Below, piece after piece: positions 17,477 through 25,756 of a stretch of DNA of 32,000 nucleotides. Positions within the stretch are counted from its first letter, which is position 1; the number at the start of each line of letters is the position of its first letter. This DNA is from Erysipelotrichaceae bacterium (GTDB lineage Bacteria > Bacillota_I > Bacilli_A > Erysipelotrichales > Coprobacillaceae): assembly GCA_028698185.1 (NCBI GenBank), contig JAQVDW010000009.1, positions 30,001-62,000 on the forward strand. The letters run 5' to 3'. The notes beneath the pieces are model-generated. The model ran no database searches and was not told the origin of the DNA. It saw only the letters and a list, made by a program, of their open reading frames with translations. A program made the position numbers and the translations under genes.

Positions 17477-17593
17477 ATAAATATTAAAAAATCGCATTTT
17501 ATCAGGAAAATACCGCATTGGATTGCTGTCTGATAGTTACTGTCCCTTGAAGGTGCAATTGATGTTTGTATCCTGGATTTTGAATTTTCGCAC

Positions 17594-17616
17594 AAAAAAA
17601 CAGCCCTTTCGAGCTG
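17594..17616 (-). terminator. terminator after tRNA-Arg copy 2
   Basis: Minus strand CAGCTC-GAAA-GGGCTG followed by T7. Confidence 0.75.
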
Positions 17617-17704
17617 TAATAATCAAATGGCGTCCACTAAGGGATTCGAACCCCTGACCGCACGCTTAGAAGGCGTGTGCTCTATCCGGCTGAGCTAAGT
17701 GGAC
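17617..17704. repeat. 88-bp direct repeat, copy 2
   Basis: Identical by eye to 13689..13776. Confidence 0.9.
17628..17704 (-). tRNA. tRNA-Arg (anticodon UCU), CCA encoded, identical to copy 1
   Basis: Same 77-nt sequence and fold as 13700..13776. Confidence 0.95.
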
Positions 17705-17722
17705 ATTTTTGACTGCCAAGAT

Positions 17723-17751
17723 ATAATATCACATTAATTATTGGCAGGCAA
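17723..17751 (-). promoter_or_regulatory. putative promoter of tRNA-Arg copy 2
   Basis: Minus strand TTGCCT (17751..17746), 17 nt, TGaTATTAT (-10 at 17728..17723, extended TGn). Confidence 0.55.
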
Positions 17752-17797
17752 GAGTTTTTTTGATTTTTTGACAACAAATTATTTTCTGACCAGCTGG

Positions 17798-18262
17798 CTA
17801 ACCCAGTTCAATGAATTCGTAATCTATCGCCCCTTTTTCCACATACAAGACCAGGTAGCTTTTGCCACTGCCACCCCGAGGTCGGGAACATGAACCGGGA
17901 TTGACCAAAGTGAATCCGGACACCGTTTTGAATTGGGGAATATGGGTATGACCCGAAAGCAGGACATCGCAGTTTTTGTTTTTGAGGTCATTAACCATGT
18001 TTTCCTCGCGATGGAAATAGCCATAACGGTCGCCATGGTTGACAAGGAAATTCAGGCCTTCACACTCGAACATCTCCTCATCCGGGAAATCGGATAGCCA
18101 GTCATTGTTGCCCGCCACGGCAAGGTAACCTTCCATATCACTTTGCGACCCTTCGCTGTCACCGCAATGGACCAGCAAATGGGCATCCTGGTGCTCGGCC
18201 TTTATCATGTCGATTGTAAAAAATGATCCGTGGTTGTCGGAAACTACAACTATTTTTTTCAT
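17798..18262 (-). CDS. YfcE/MJ0936-family metallophosphoesterase (YsnB-like)
   Basis: Motifs SDNHG, HCGD, GNND and GHTH, in the order typical of calcineurin-like phosphoesterases. 154 aa. Confidence 0.85.
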   Translation of the reverse strand: MKKIVVVSDNHGSFFTIDMIKAEHQDAHLLVHCGDSEGSQSDMEGYLAVAGNNDWLSDFPDEEMFECEGLNFLVNHGDRYGYFHREENMVNDLKNKNCDVLLSGHTHIPQFKTVSGFTLVNPGSCSRPRGGSGKSYLVLYVEKGAIDYEFIELG

Positions 18263-19048
18263 TTATTCTCCTATTTTCAGATATTTCACTTCTATCGGGC
18301 CGTAATCGAAGAAACCTTGTGACGATCGAAGAAACTCGCCGACATCTCCGGTCGTGCAAACTTCGATCTCACCCCCTTGATCATTCAATAGATTGTTGTC
18401 TTTGAGGTAATCATGTACTTCGTAACCGATCGCCTGGGACGAAGAAATGCAACGAATTCCCGGCATCACCTTCAGGATCTGGTCAACCAGGATCGGATAG
18501 TGGGTGCACCCGAGGATGATGCTTTCGACCTCGCCATGGTATTCGTCAAGGTAACCATGAAGTTCTTCTTCGATACCCGATTTGTACTTGCCTGATTCGA
18601 CCAGAGGGACAAGCTCCGGTGTCGCCTTTTCATGGACCACTATGTCCGGATCAAAGCCTCTGATTTTCCCGGAGTATTTGAGGGAATTGACGGTCGCCTG
18701 GGTTGCGATGATAAGGGTACTTTTGAGATTCCGGCTCATGAAGTCATTGACCGTGGCATCGATCACCCCGATCATCAAGACATCCGGATAGTCGTTTTGG
18801 AGCTGTTCAAGGACATTGGCACTGGTTGTGTTGCACGCCAATATGATCATTTTGACTTCACGGGCAATTAAATACTCGATGATTGTTGAAGCGTACCTGT
18901 AGAGCTGGGCCACCGTCTTGTTGCCATAAGGGCTGTGATGGTTGTCACCGATATAGATAATGTCTTCGTTCTCCAATATGTTCCTCAAGGTGTTGACCAC
19001 GGTCAGTCCGCCGACCCCCGAATCAAATACACCGATAGCTCTTTTCAT
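18263..19048 (-). CDS. murI: glutamate racemase
   Basis: Motifs FDSGVGGLTV, the ACNT catalytic Cys, and the GCTHYP second Cys. 261 aa. Confidence 0.93.
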   Translation of the reverse strand: MKRAIGVFDSGVGGLTVVNTLRNILENEDIIYIGDNHHSPYGNKTVAQLYRYASTIIEYLIAREVKMIILACNTTSANVLEQLQNDYPDVLMIGVIDATVNDFMSRNLKSTLIIATQATVNSLKYSGKIRGFDPDIVVHEKATPELVPLVESGKYKSGIEEELHGYLDEYHGEVESIILGCTHYPILVDQILKVMPGIRCISSSQAIGYEVHDYLKDNNLLNDQGGEIEVCTTGDVGEFLRSSQGFFDYGPIEVKYLKIGE

Positions 19049-19102
19049 AAAAAACCTCTTTTGCTTGTCAAATTTGCCTTTTAATTATAGCTCACTTGCA
19101 AC

Positions 19103-19134
19103 AAAAAAACCACCTCAAAGTTTCTGAAGGTGGT
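19103..19134 (-). terminator. intrinsic terminator of uvrC
   Basis: Minus strand ACCACCT-N12-AGGTGGT followed by T7. The upstream arm and part of the loop are the last uvrC codons and the stop. Confidence 0.65.
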
Positions 19135-20878
19135 CATATAATTCCTGGGCAACTTTTTCAGGCAGATCAGCTTGAAGCTGTTCAAGTGTAAGCTGTTTGA
19201 GATTTTTCACCGAACGGTATTTGTTCAGCAGCATCTTTTTGCGCTTCTGGCCGATTCCCGGAACCTCGTCCAGGGCCGATTGGACCAGGGACTTGCCATG
19301 GACATCACGATGGAACGAAACAGCATAGCGGTGGACCTCATCTTGCATCCTTGTAAGCAGGAAGAAAAGAGGACTTCGCTTGGAAATCTTGACCTCATTG
19401 CCTTCGCTGTCGAGGAGCATAGCGGTATTGTGCTTGTCGTCCTTGGCCAGGCCGCAAACCATGATTGGCAGATTCAGACTGTCGATGACTTCCTTGGCGA
19501 CCTTGATTTGTCCTTTGCCCCCGTCAACAATGATCAGCTCCGGCATCGCCAGACGATCGACGAGCACGCGGTAATAGCGACGGTAGACTACTTCCTTCAT
19601 GCTGCCATAATCATCAGGACCAGTGACGGTCTTGATTTTGAATTTTCGGTATTCTTTTTTGGCCGGTGCTCCGTCGATAAAGCAAACCATTCCCGCAACC
19701 GCATAGCTTCCCTGGATATTGGAATTGTCGAACAGTTCTACCCGGTGGAGATTTTCGATATGCAAAAGCTCGCCTAATTGCATGAAGGCTCCGATCGTGG
19801 ACCTTTCGTTTTTGGCCATTAGCTGGAATTTCTTGTCAAGCTGTTCCTTGGCATTGGCCGTGGCCATCTTGACCAGGTCGGCCTTTTTGCCTTTTTCCGG
19901 CTTTATTATTTTTGTCTCGATGATTTCTTGCAAGGTGTCGAGATCGAGGTCAAGAGGAAGCAACAATTCCTTGGGTGCCACATTGTTCTGGTAGAATGTC
20001 GCCAGGTAGGTAAGGATCTGCTCATTGACATCGTCTTCGACTGGCACTAGCGAAAAGTCGCGCGAAAGCAGATGTCCGTTGCGCATGAAAAACAGCTGCA
20101 ACGACAAATAGCCGTTATCGACATGGTAGCCGATGATGTCCCGGTCAACCATGTCATTGAACGTGATGTTCTGTTTGGCGGTCACATGCTTGATGCTTGC
20201 GATCAGATCACGCATCTCCTTGGCCTTTTCAAACTGGAGCAGTTCACTTGCAGCGAGCATGTTCTCCTGGAGATTGGCAATCACCTCCCGGGTGTCGCCA
20301 TTGACGAACCTGGCAATCGACTTGGCAATCTCATTGTATTCGTCCACGCTCACTTCGTTGATACAGGGTGCCAGGCATTGCCCCAGCGAATAGTACAGGC
20401 AGGTCTTGCCGGGAATATGCTTGCATTTGCGCAGCTTGAACAGCCGGTCGAGCAGCTTCAGTGTCTCCCGGGCCGCTGTCGCATTGGGGAATGGTCCAAA
20501 ATGGCGGTGCTTCTTATTGCTTGCGCTCCGGACGATCTTCAGCCTGGGATGGCGCTCCTTGGTCAGCTGGATATAAGGGTAATAGGAACTGTCGGTCAGG
20601 GCGATATTGTATTTGGGATCGTAATCCTTGATCAGGTTGATTTCGAGAAGAAGCGCTTCTTTCTCGCTGGAAGTGACGATATAGTCAAAATCCACAATCT
20701 CGCTGACCAGGCGGGTCGTCTTATAGTTGCGGGTCCCCGTAAAATACGAGGTCACCCGGCTTTTCAATGATTTCGCCTTGCCCACATAAATCACCGTGCC
20801 GGCCTGGTCTTTCATCAGGTAGCAGCCCGGTTTGAGCGGCAGAAGCGAGAGCTTGTCCTTGATATCCTGGGAGATCAT
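19115..20878 (-). CDS. uvrC: excinuclease ABC subunit C
   Basis: 587 aa. N-terminal GIY-YIG domain (GCYLMKD...VIYVGKAKSLKSRVTSYF), a UVR domain and a C-terminal (HhH)2 (VPGIGQKRKKMLL). The ATG shares one nt with the mutS2 TGA. Confidence 0.95.
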   Translation of the reverse strand: MISQDIKDKLSLLPLKPGCYLMKDQAGTVIYVGKAKSLKSRVTSYFTGTRNYKTTRLVSEIVDFDYIVTSSEKEALLLEINLIKDYDPKYNIALTDSSYYPYIQLTKERHPRLKIVRSASNKKHRHFGPFPNATAARETLKLLDRLFKLRKCKHIPGKTCLYYSLGQCLAPCINEVSVDEYNEIAKSIARFVNGDTREVIANLQENMLAASELLQFEKAKEMRDLIASIKHVTAKQNITFNDMVDRDIIGYHVDNGYLSLQLFFMRNGHLLSRDFSLVPVEDDVNEQILTYLATFYQNNVAPKELLLPLDLDLDTLQEIIETKIIKPEKGKKADLVKMATANAKEQLDKKFQLMAKNERSTIGAFMQLGELLHIENLHRVELFDNSNIQGSYAVAGMVCFIDGAPAKKEYRKFKIKTVTGPDDYGSMKEVVYRRYYRVLVDRLAMPELIIVDGGKGQIKVAKEVIDSLNLPIMVCGLAKDDKHNTAMLLDSEGNEVKISKRSPLFFLLTRMQDEVHRYAVSFHRDVHGKSLVQSALDEVPGIGQKRKKMLLNKYRSVKNLKQLTLEQLQADLPEKVAQELYDHLQKL

Positions 20879-23181
20879 CAGTCAAAGTACACAAGGGTCG
20901 CCCCCAGTCCTCCCTCGTTGGGCCCGCCATCCCGGAAGCTTTTGACATACTTCTTCGATTTGAGGAGCTGATGGACTCCCTTGCGCAGGACCCCGCTGCC
21001 CATTCCATGGACTATCCGGCAGACCGAATAATTGTTTACCAGGGCCGTATCGAGGAACTTGTCGACTTCCTCCATCGCTTCGACATAACGCTTTCCGATG
21101 ATGTTGAGCTCGTATGTCATCGTGCTTTGGGTCTTAACCGATTTTCCACCGGTCACGACGGTTTTTGGCTTAAGGGGAGCATGTTTGAAGACAACCTCAT
21201 GGGGTTTGGCATTGAGCTTCAAACCGCCCAGGGATATCGTCAGGATCCCCTTCTTGTTGATGGCGACAACTTCGCCCTCACGTTTGACCGACTTGACCAA
21301 AACGACATCGCCGATGACATACTCGTGATCGCTTGGAACGATTGCTTCAGCCTCTTTTTGATGTTTCAAAACATCCAGGGTCCGTTTGGCCTCAATGACC
21401 TGATGGGGCTTCAATGTTGCCTGTTGTTGCAATGATGCCACGACTTCCTCAACCTGACTCTTGGCCGCTTCGAGAATCTTGTTGGCATCCTCTTTGGCCT
21501 GTTCGATCAGCTTTTCTTTCTCGTTTTGGAGCCGGTCGAGTTTGCGTTGGAGCTCGCTTTCTTTGCGTTCCGCTTCCTTTTTCAAGGCCGCAATCCGGTC
21601 CTTTTCATCCTGGACTTCGATAAGCTGCTTTTCTAACATTTCCAGGAGCTGTTCGCTTTGAGTCTGGTTTGTCTGCTTTATCTGCGTCGACTTGGAGATG
21701 ATGTCAGGATGGAGCCCGAGCCGCTTGGAAATTTCGATGGCATATGAATTCCCGGTACTGCCCATGAGCAGACGGTAAGTCGGCTTAAGTTCTTCCTGGT
21801 CGAATTCGACCGAAGCCACCTGGATATATTCGCTGTTTTTGGCATATTCCTTGAGTTTCGAATAGTGGGTCGTGGCGATTACCATTGCCTGCTTTTCATG
21901 GAGATATTCCAGAATCGCCTGGGCCAGGGCCTGACCTTCCTGCGGGTCGGTCCCACTGCCGATTTCGTCAAGCAACACCAGTGATTCGCGGGTAGCTTGA
22001 TTGGTTATTTTGGTCAGCCTGGTCATATGCGAGGAGAAGGTCGAGAGCGACTGTTCGATCGACTGTTCGTCTCCAAGGTCGACAAAGATGTTGTCAAAAT
22101 ACGGAACCACGGCAAAAGAGGCGCTTACCGGCAAGCCGGCCAGGGCCATTTTCGCAAGCAGTCCGGCCGTTTTCAAGACGACCGATTTTCCTCCGGTGTT
22201 AGAACCCGAAATCAAAAGCGTCTGATGATCACTGGTCAGGACGATGTCGTTGGCAACAACTTCACTTTGCTTGATCAATGGATGGGCTGCCTTGAGCAGC
22301 TTGAACTCGTCAAAACTTCTGGTCACGTTCGGGATGGTTGCGTTGATTGTCAGTCCGTAATTGTTTTTCGCATTCAGGATTTCGATTTCAATCAGACCCT
22401 CCTGATTGTACTTCAGGACATCAAGATACTTGTTCACCTCGTTGGAAAGCATCTGAAGAATTTTTTGGATTTCCAGCTGCTCGGTCTCCTTGGCCGCGGT
22501 GATCTGGTTCGATATGGCCACGATGGCGCTCGGTTCGATATATACCGTCTGACCCGACCCGCTGATGGCATGAACGATACCGGCAACGCTATTCTTGTGG
22601 CCTGCCTTAACCGGCAGGACGAGATGGTCGTTGCGTGACAAATAGGTTTCCTGTGACAGGTAATCCTTGTAGTGGTTCTTCAATCCGGCAATTTTAGAAC
22701 GCATGCTGCCTTGGAGCGAGATAATCTCATGGCGCACCCGGCGCAGTTCGCTCGAAGCACCGTCCAATACAGAACCGTCGCTATCGATGCATTTTTCGAT
22801 CATAGCGACCAATCCGCCCGGATAGATCAGGCTGTCGAAAAGATCCTCCAAAACCCCAAGGGTGTCGATATCTTCACGATAGTCCTCGATCTCCTTGACG
22901 TTTTTGAGCTGGGCCATGATTTCCAGAAACTCCAGTCCGCTCAGGGTTCCGCCCTTGTCGACCTTCTTGAGCAATAAAGATATGTCCTCATAATAGCCCA
23001 GGGGCACCTGACCGAATTTAAGGATCAGATCCAGCATCTGGATGTTCTGGTTGTGGATGTCCTGGAGATCCTCAAAATCGAAACCTGAATTAAGGTTCGC
23101 AAAATAATCTTTCGCCATTTGCGATTTGGCGTATTGCTTTATCTGGTTGAGAATAATATCAAATTCCAACGTCTTATCCAT
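20878..23181 (-). CDS. mutS2: endonuclease MutS2
   Basis: 767 aa. Walker A GSNTGGKS, MutS domain V, a long coiled coil and a C-terminal Smr domain (LNIIGKRYVEA...VHGMGSGVLRKGV). Confidence 0.95.
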   Translation of the reverse strand: MDKTLEFDIILNQIKQYAKSQMAKDYFANLNSGFDFEDLQDIHNQNIQMLDLILKFGQVPLGYYEDISLLLKKVDKGGTLSGLEFLEIMAQLKNVKEIEDYREDIDTLGVLEDLFDSLIYPGGLVAMIEKCIDSDGSVLDGASSELRRVRHEIISLQGSMRSKIAGLKNHYKDYLSQETYLSRNDHLVLPVKAGHKNSVAGIVHAISGSGQTVYIEPSAIVAISNQITAAKETEQLEIQKILQMLSNEVNKYLDVLKYNQEGLIEIEILNAKNNYGLTINATIPNVTRSFDEFKLLKAAHPLIKQSEVVANDIVLTSDHQTLLISGSNTGGKSVVLKTAGLLAKMALAGLPVSASFAVVPYFDNIFVDLGDEQSIEQSLSTFSSHMTRLTKITNQATRESLVLLDEIGSGTDPQEGQALAQAILEYLHEKQAMVIATTHYSKLKEYAKNSEYIQVASVEFDQEELKPTYRLLMGSTGNSYAIEISKRLGLHPDIISKSTQIKQTNQTQSEQLLEMLEKQLIEVQDEKDRIAALKKEAERKESELQRKLDRLQNEKEKLIEQAKEDANKILEAAKSQVEEVVASLQQQATLKPHQVIEAKRTLDVLKHQKEAEAIVPSDHEYVIGDVVLVKSVKREGEVVAINKKGILTISLGGLKLNAKPHEVVFKHAPLKPKTVVTGGKSVKTQSTMTYELNIIGKRYVEAMEEVDKFLDTALVNNYSVCRIVHGMGSGVLRKGVHQLLKSKKYVKSFRDGGPNEGGLGATLVYFD

Positions 23182-23962
23182 TTATTACCTCGATTTTATC
23201 CAATATTGAATTTTTGTCCAAAGAAGGCAACTGGTCCAACAGCTTTTCAACCTCAGCCACCTGTTTGGCATCAAGTTGCAGTTCAACATCGCTGTTTGCC
23301 ACCTGCGAAAAGTAATTGTATGCCTTTTGATCGAATGTCTCCTGATTAATCAGATTATGTTCATAGGCGGTATTGAGAGCCAGCGCCACATAATATACGC
23401 TGTTGCCATCAAGGCCGTCACTTGAGTATGTCTGCGCCTGGTCAAGCAGGTCCAGCGAGTCGATATAATCACCCATCATGCCCGAGTAATCCGGAGCTAC
23501 TGACAGGATTCCCTTGGCGATTGTCGTCTTGCTTAAGTCAAGACCCGGCTGGGTCGCCCCGAATGAAAGCAGCAGCACATAGACGATGACCAAGGCCTCG
23601 AAAACGGAAATTGCCACACCAAGCACCCTGTCCGCTCCACCGATCAAAGGCAGGTTTGCCACCGTCTGGAGCATCGGTCTGATTGCCAGCGAGACAAGGA
23701 GCAGTCCGATCTTGAAAACCGCCAGGAGAATCAAAAACGCCACAATCCGGTTGAAAAGGAGATTGGCGAATTCAAACGGTGCCCCTCCGGCCGTAGTGAA
23801 CATCATACTTACCGGTCCGGAAACATAGTAGGCCCCGACAATGGCGACAACCGTGACCACCAGGTCATAAAGACGTAAAATGAACCCGCGGAAATATCCG
23901 AAAACCGCAAAAGCAAAGACAAATACAACAATCAAAATATCTATATTCGTATTATTTAGCAT
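23174..23962 (-). CDS. cvpA: CvpA-family membrane protein with a C-terminal soluble extension of about 100 aa
   Basis: Four TM helices in the first 160 aa or so, with CvpA-like topology, lying upstream of mutS2 as B. subtilis yshB does. RBS AAGGAGA. Confidence 0.7.
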   Translation of the reverse strand: MLNNTNIDILIVVFVFAFAVFGYFRGFILRLYDLVVTVVAIVGAYYVSGPVSMMFTTAGGAPFEFANLLFNRIVAFLILLAVFKIGLLLVSLAIRPMLQTVANLPLIGGADRVLGVAISVFEALVIVYVLLLSFGATQPGLDLSKTTIAKGILSVAPDYSGMMGDYIDSLDLLDQAQTYSSDGLDGNSVYYVALALNTAYEHNLINQETFDQKAYNYFSQVANSDVELQLDAKQVAEVEKLLDQLPSLDKNSILDKIEVING

Positions 23963-24011
23963 AATTTTCTCCTTAAAGCCAAAACTGAATTTACAAGCTT
24001 AATATCAAATT

Positions 24012-24040
24012 ATTTTAACAAATAAATTTTATCCTGTCAA
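24012..24040 (-). promoter_or_regulatory. cvpA-mutS2-uvrC promoter
   Basis: Minus strand TTGACA (24040..24035), 17 nt, TAAAAT (24017..24012). Confidence 0.65.
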
Positions 24041-24063
24041 AAAAATTAAAAACATGTTATAAT
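24034..24063 (+). promoter_or_regulatory. rnhC promoter
   Basis: Plus strand CTGTCA (24034..24039), 18 nt, TGtTATAAT (-10 at 24058..24063). RBS GGAGG lies 8 nt before TTG 24087. Confidence 0.55.
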
Positions 24064-24086
24064 TGACGTGATAGGAGGTAAAGGTC

Positions 24087-24851
24087 TTGAATAATTCAAT
24101 AGTCAGATCTGATATCTCTCATGTTAGGTTAGCCCCAATAACTGAAAGTGGGAATGATATCAGCAATTTCGATTATGCCAAAAATTTCTTTGACGGGTCT
24201 CACATTGGAGTTGATGAGACTGGTTCCCAGGATTTTTTCGGGCCGTTATGCGTGGTATCATGCTTTGTCGATGAAAGAGATTTCGATTGGCTGTTAAGCA
24301 TCGGTGTCAAGGACCCCAAAGAACTCACCAACAAGGAAGTTGTCGCAATCGCCAAGGAAATCAAAGATCGGCTGATTTACAGTTTATTGATTTTAGACAA
24401 TTCGCATTACAATCAGTTAGCACAAGAAGGTAACAACCTAGCAAACATCAAGGCTAAACTTTACAACCAAGCGGTCACCAATGTAATGCAAAAAGTCCAA
24501 CTGGCCGTGGATTACAAGTGCGCCACCCAGTTTGTTTCGCCGAAGACTTATTTCAATTATCTCAAAACCGAGGTTATTGTCGTCAAGGATCTGGAATTCG
24601 TTCCCAAAGGCGAAGAGAAATATTTGGGAATCATGTGCAGCGCGATTTTGTCCCGCTATGCATATCTGCAGTATTTCCAAAATATGTCAAAAACCTTGAA
24701 AATGAAACTGCCACGGGGGACAAGCCCTTCAGTGGAAACGGTAGCCCTTGAAGTTGCCAATAAATATGGAAAGAAGATGCTGTTTAAAGTCACAAAAACC
24801 AACATGACTAACTACAAACGGCTGAAAAACACAATGGAAAAGGCCGTCTGA
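24087..24851 (+). CDS. rnhC: type 2 RNase H, RNase HIII-like (short N-terminus)
   Basis: Motifs GVDETGSQDFFGPLCVV (catalytic DE, HIII-style G.GD.FGP), KDPKELT and CSAILSRY. TTG start. It is divergent from cvpA, as in B. subtilis. At 254 aa it is shorter than classical HIII. Confidence 0.7.
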   Translation: MNNSIVRSDISHVRLAPITESGNDISNFDYAKNFFDGSHIGVDETGSQDFFGPLCVVSCFVDERDFDWLLSIGVKDPKELTNKEVVAIAKEIKDRLIYSLLILDNSHYNQLAQEGNNLANIKAKLYNQAVTNVMQKVQLAVDYKCATQFVSPKTYFNYLKTEVIVVKDLEFVPKGEEKYLGIMCSAILSRYAYLQYFQNMSKTLKMKLPRGTSPSVETVALEVANKYGKKMLFKVTKTNMTNYKRLKNTMEKAV

Positions 24852-24861
24852 GCCTTTTTTT
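24839..24861 (+). terminator. weak terminator hairpin at the rnhC stop
   Basis: AAAGGC-CGTCTGA-GCCTTT followed by TTTT. The TGA stop is in the loop. The rhodanese ATG is only 17 nt downstream, so read-through is likely. Confidence 0.45.
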
Positions 24862-24877
24862 GCTTAGGAGAAATTTT

Positions 24878-25246
24878 ATGAAAAAGATATTGATGCTGTT
24901 GCTGGCACTGATCTTGTCGGGCTGCGCTTCGAATTCGACCACCTCGAAAGTTATCGATTACCAGAAGGCGCTGGAACTTATAGATGAGAAACAGGCTTTG
25001 ATTGTCGATGTCCGGACCTTGGACGAGTACAATACCGGCCATATTGAAAATGCGATCCTGATACCCTTGGACACAATCACAACCGAACCGCTGGAACAGA
25101 TACCCGACCTGGACGCTCCCATAATCGTCTATTGCCGTTCGGGCAACCGCTCCAACCAGGCTCTAGGACTGCTCGAGGATATCGGCTACAGTGAAGTCTA
25201 CGACCTTGGTTCAATCAACAATTGGGAAGGCACTATTGTCAAATAG
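24878..25246 (+). CDS. rhodanese-domain lipoprotein
   Basis: MKKILMLLLALILSGC contains a lipobox (LSGC). The rhodanese active-site loop is CRSGNRS. RBS TAGGAGA plus a 6-nt spacer favours ATG 24878 over the track start at 24860. Confidence 0.85.
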   Translation: MKKILMLLLALILSGCASNSTTSKVIDYQKALELIDEKQALIVDVRTLDEYNTGHIENAILIPLDTITTEPLEQIPDLDAPIIVYCRSGNRSNQALGLLEDIGYSEVYDLGSINNWEGTIVK

Positions 25247-25261
25247 CGCCTTTTTTTGTGC

Positions 25262-25287
25262 AAAAAAGTCCGCGGATTGCGGACTTT
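25262..25287. terminator. bidirectional terminator (rhodanese / comEB)
   Basis: AAAGTCCGC-GGATT-GCGGACTTT. It is flanked by an A-run upstream (a T-run on the minus strand) and by TTTATT downstream. It overlaps the comEB TAA. Confidence 0.7.
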
Positions 25288-25756
25288 ATTCAGTTTCAAC
25301 TGTTATTTCAATCGGGCTGACTTTGCGATAGCTAACTCCGGCGCCATCAAGCATCTTTTTGGCCGCCACATCGCTGGGCGTGCCGCAGTACTTGTCATCC
25401 TCAAAGACGATTTCCTTGATTCCTGCCTGGATTATCGCTTTGGCGCACTCATGGCAAGGGAACAATGAAACATAGATCGAGCTGCCGTGGAGATCCTTGA
25501 TCGCATTCAAGATGGCGTTGAGCTCGGCATGGACCACATAGGCGTATTTGGTCTGATCAAGTTCGCCTTCGCGGCTTTCCCAGGGAAAATCCTGGTCCGA
25601 CAAGCCAATCGGCAGGCCGTTGTAACCGACCCCGACGATCTTCTTGTTTGGCGAGACGATACAGGCCCCCACCTGGGTATTGGGATCTTTCGAGCGGAAG
25701 CCAGAAAGTTTGGCTACGGACATGAAATACTGATCCCAACTGATTATCTTACTCAT
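25286..25756 (-). CDS. comEB: dCMP deaminase (ComEB family)
   Basis: Zinc motifs VHAELNA and PCHECAK. 156 aa. Confidence 0.9.
   Translation of the reverse strand: MSKIISWDQYFMSVAKLSGFRSKDPNTQVGACIVSPNKKIVGVGYNGLPIGLSDQDFPWESREGELDQTKYAYVVHAELNAILNAIKDLHGSSIYVSLFPCHECAKAIIQAGIKEIVFEDDKYCGTPSDVAAKKMLDGAGVSYRKVSPIEITVETE

Noticed and set aside
17389-17595. 68-aa ORF in the leader of the beta-helix gene.
   Set aside because: It starts with TTG directly in the tRNA terminator T-run and has no RBS. The internal ATG also lacks an RBS. The residue composition is odd. I treat the region as an untranslated leader.
13689-17704. A classical tRNA-integrated genomic island or prophage remnant.
   Set aside because: There is no integrase, excisionase, phage or conjugation gene. 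Both tRNA copies are full length with independent promoters and terminators, rather than one gene plus a partial 3' att repeat. It is kept as a finding only as a repeat-bounded cassette.
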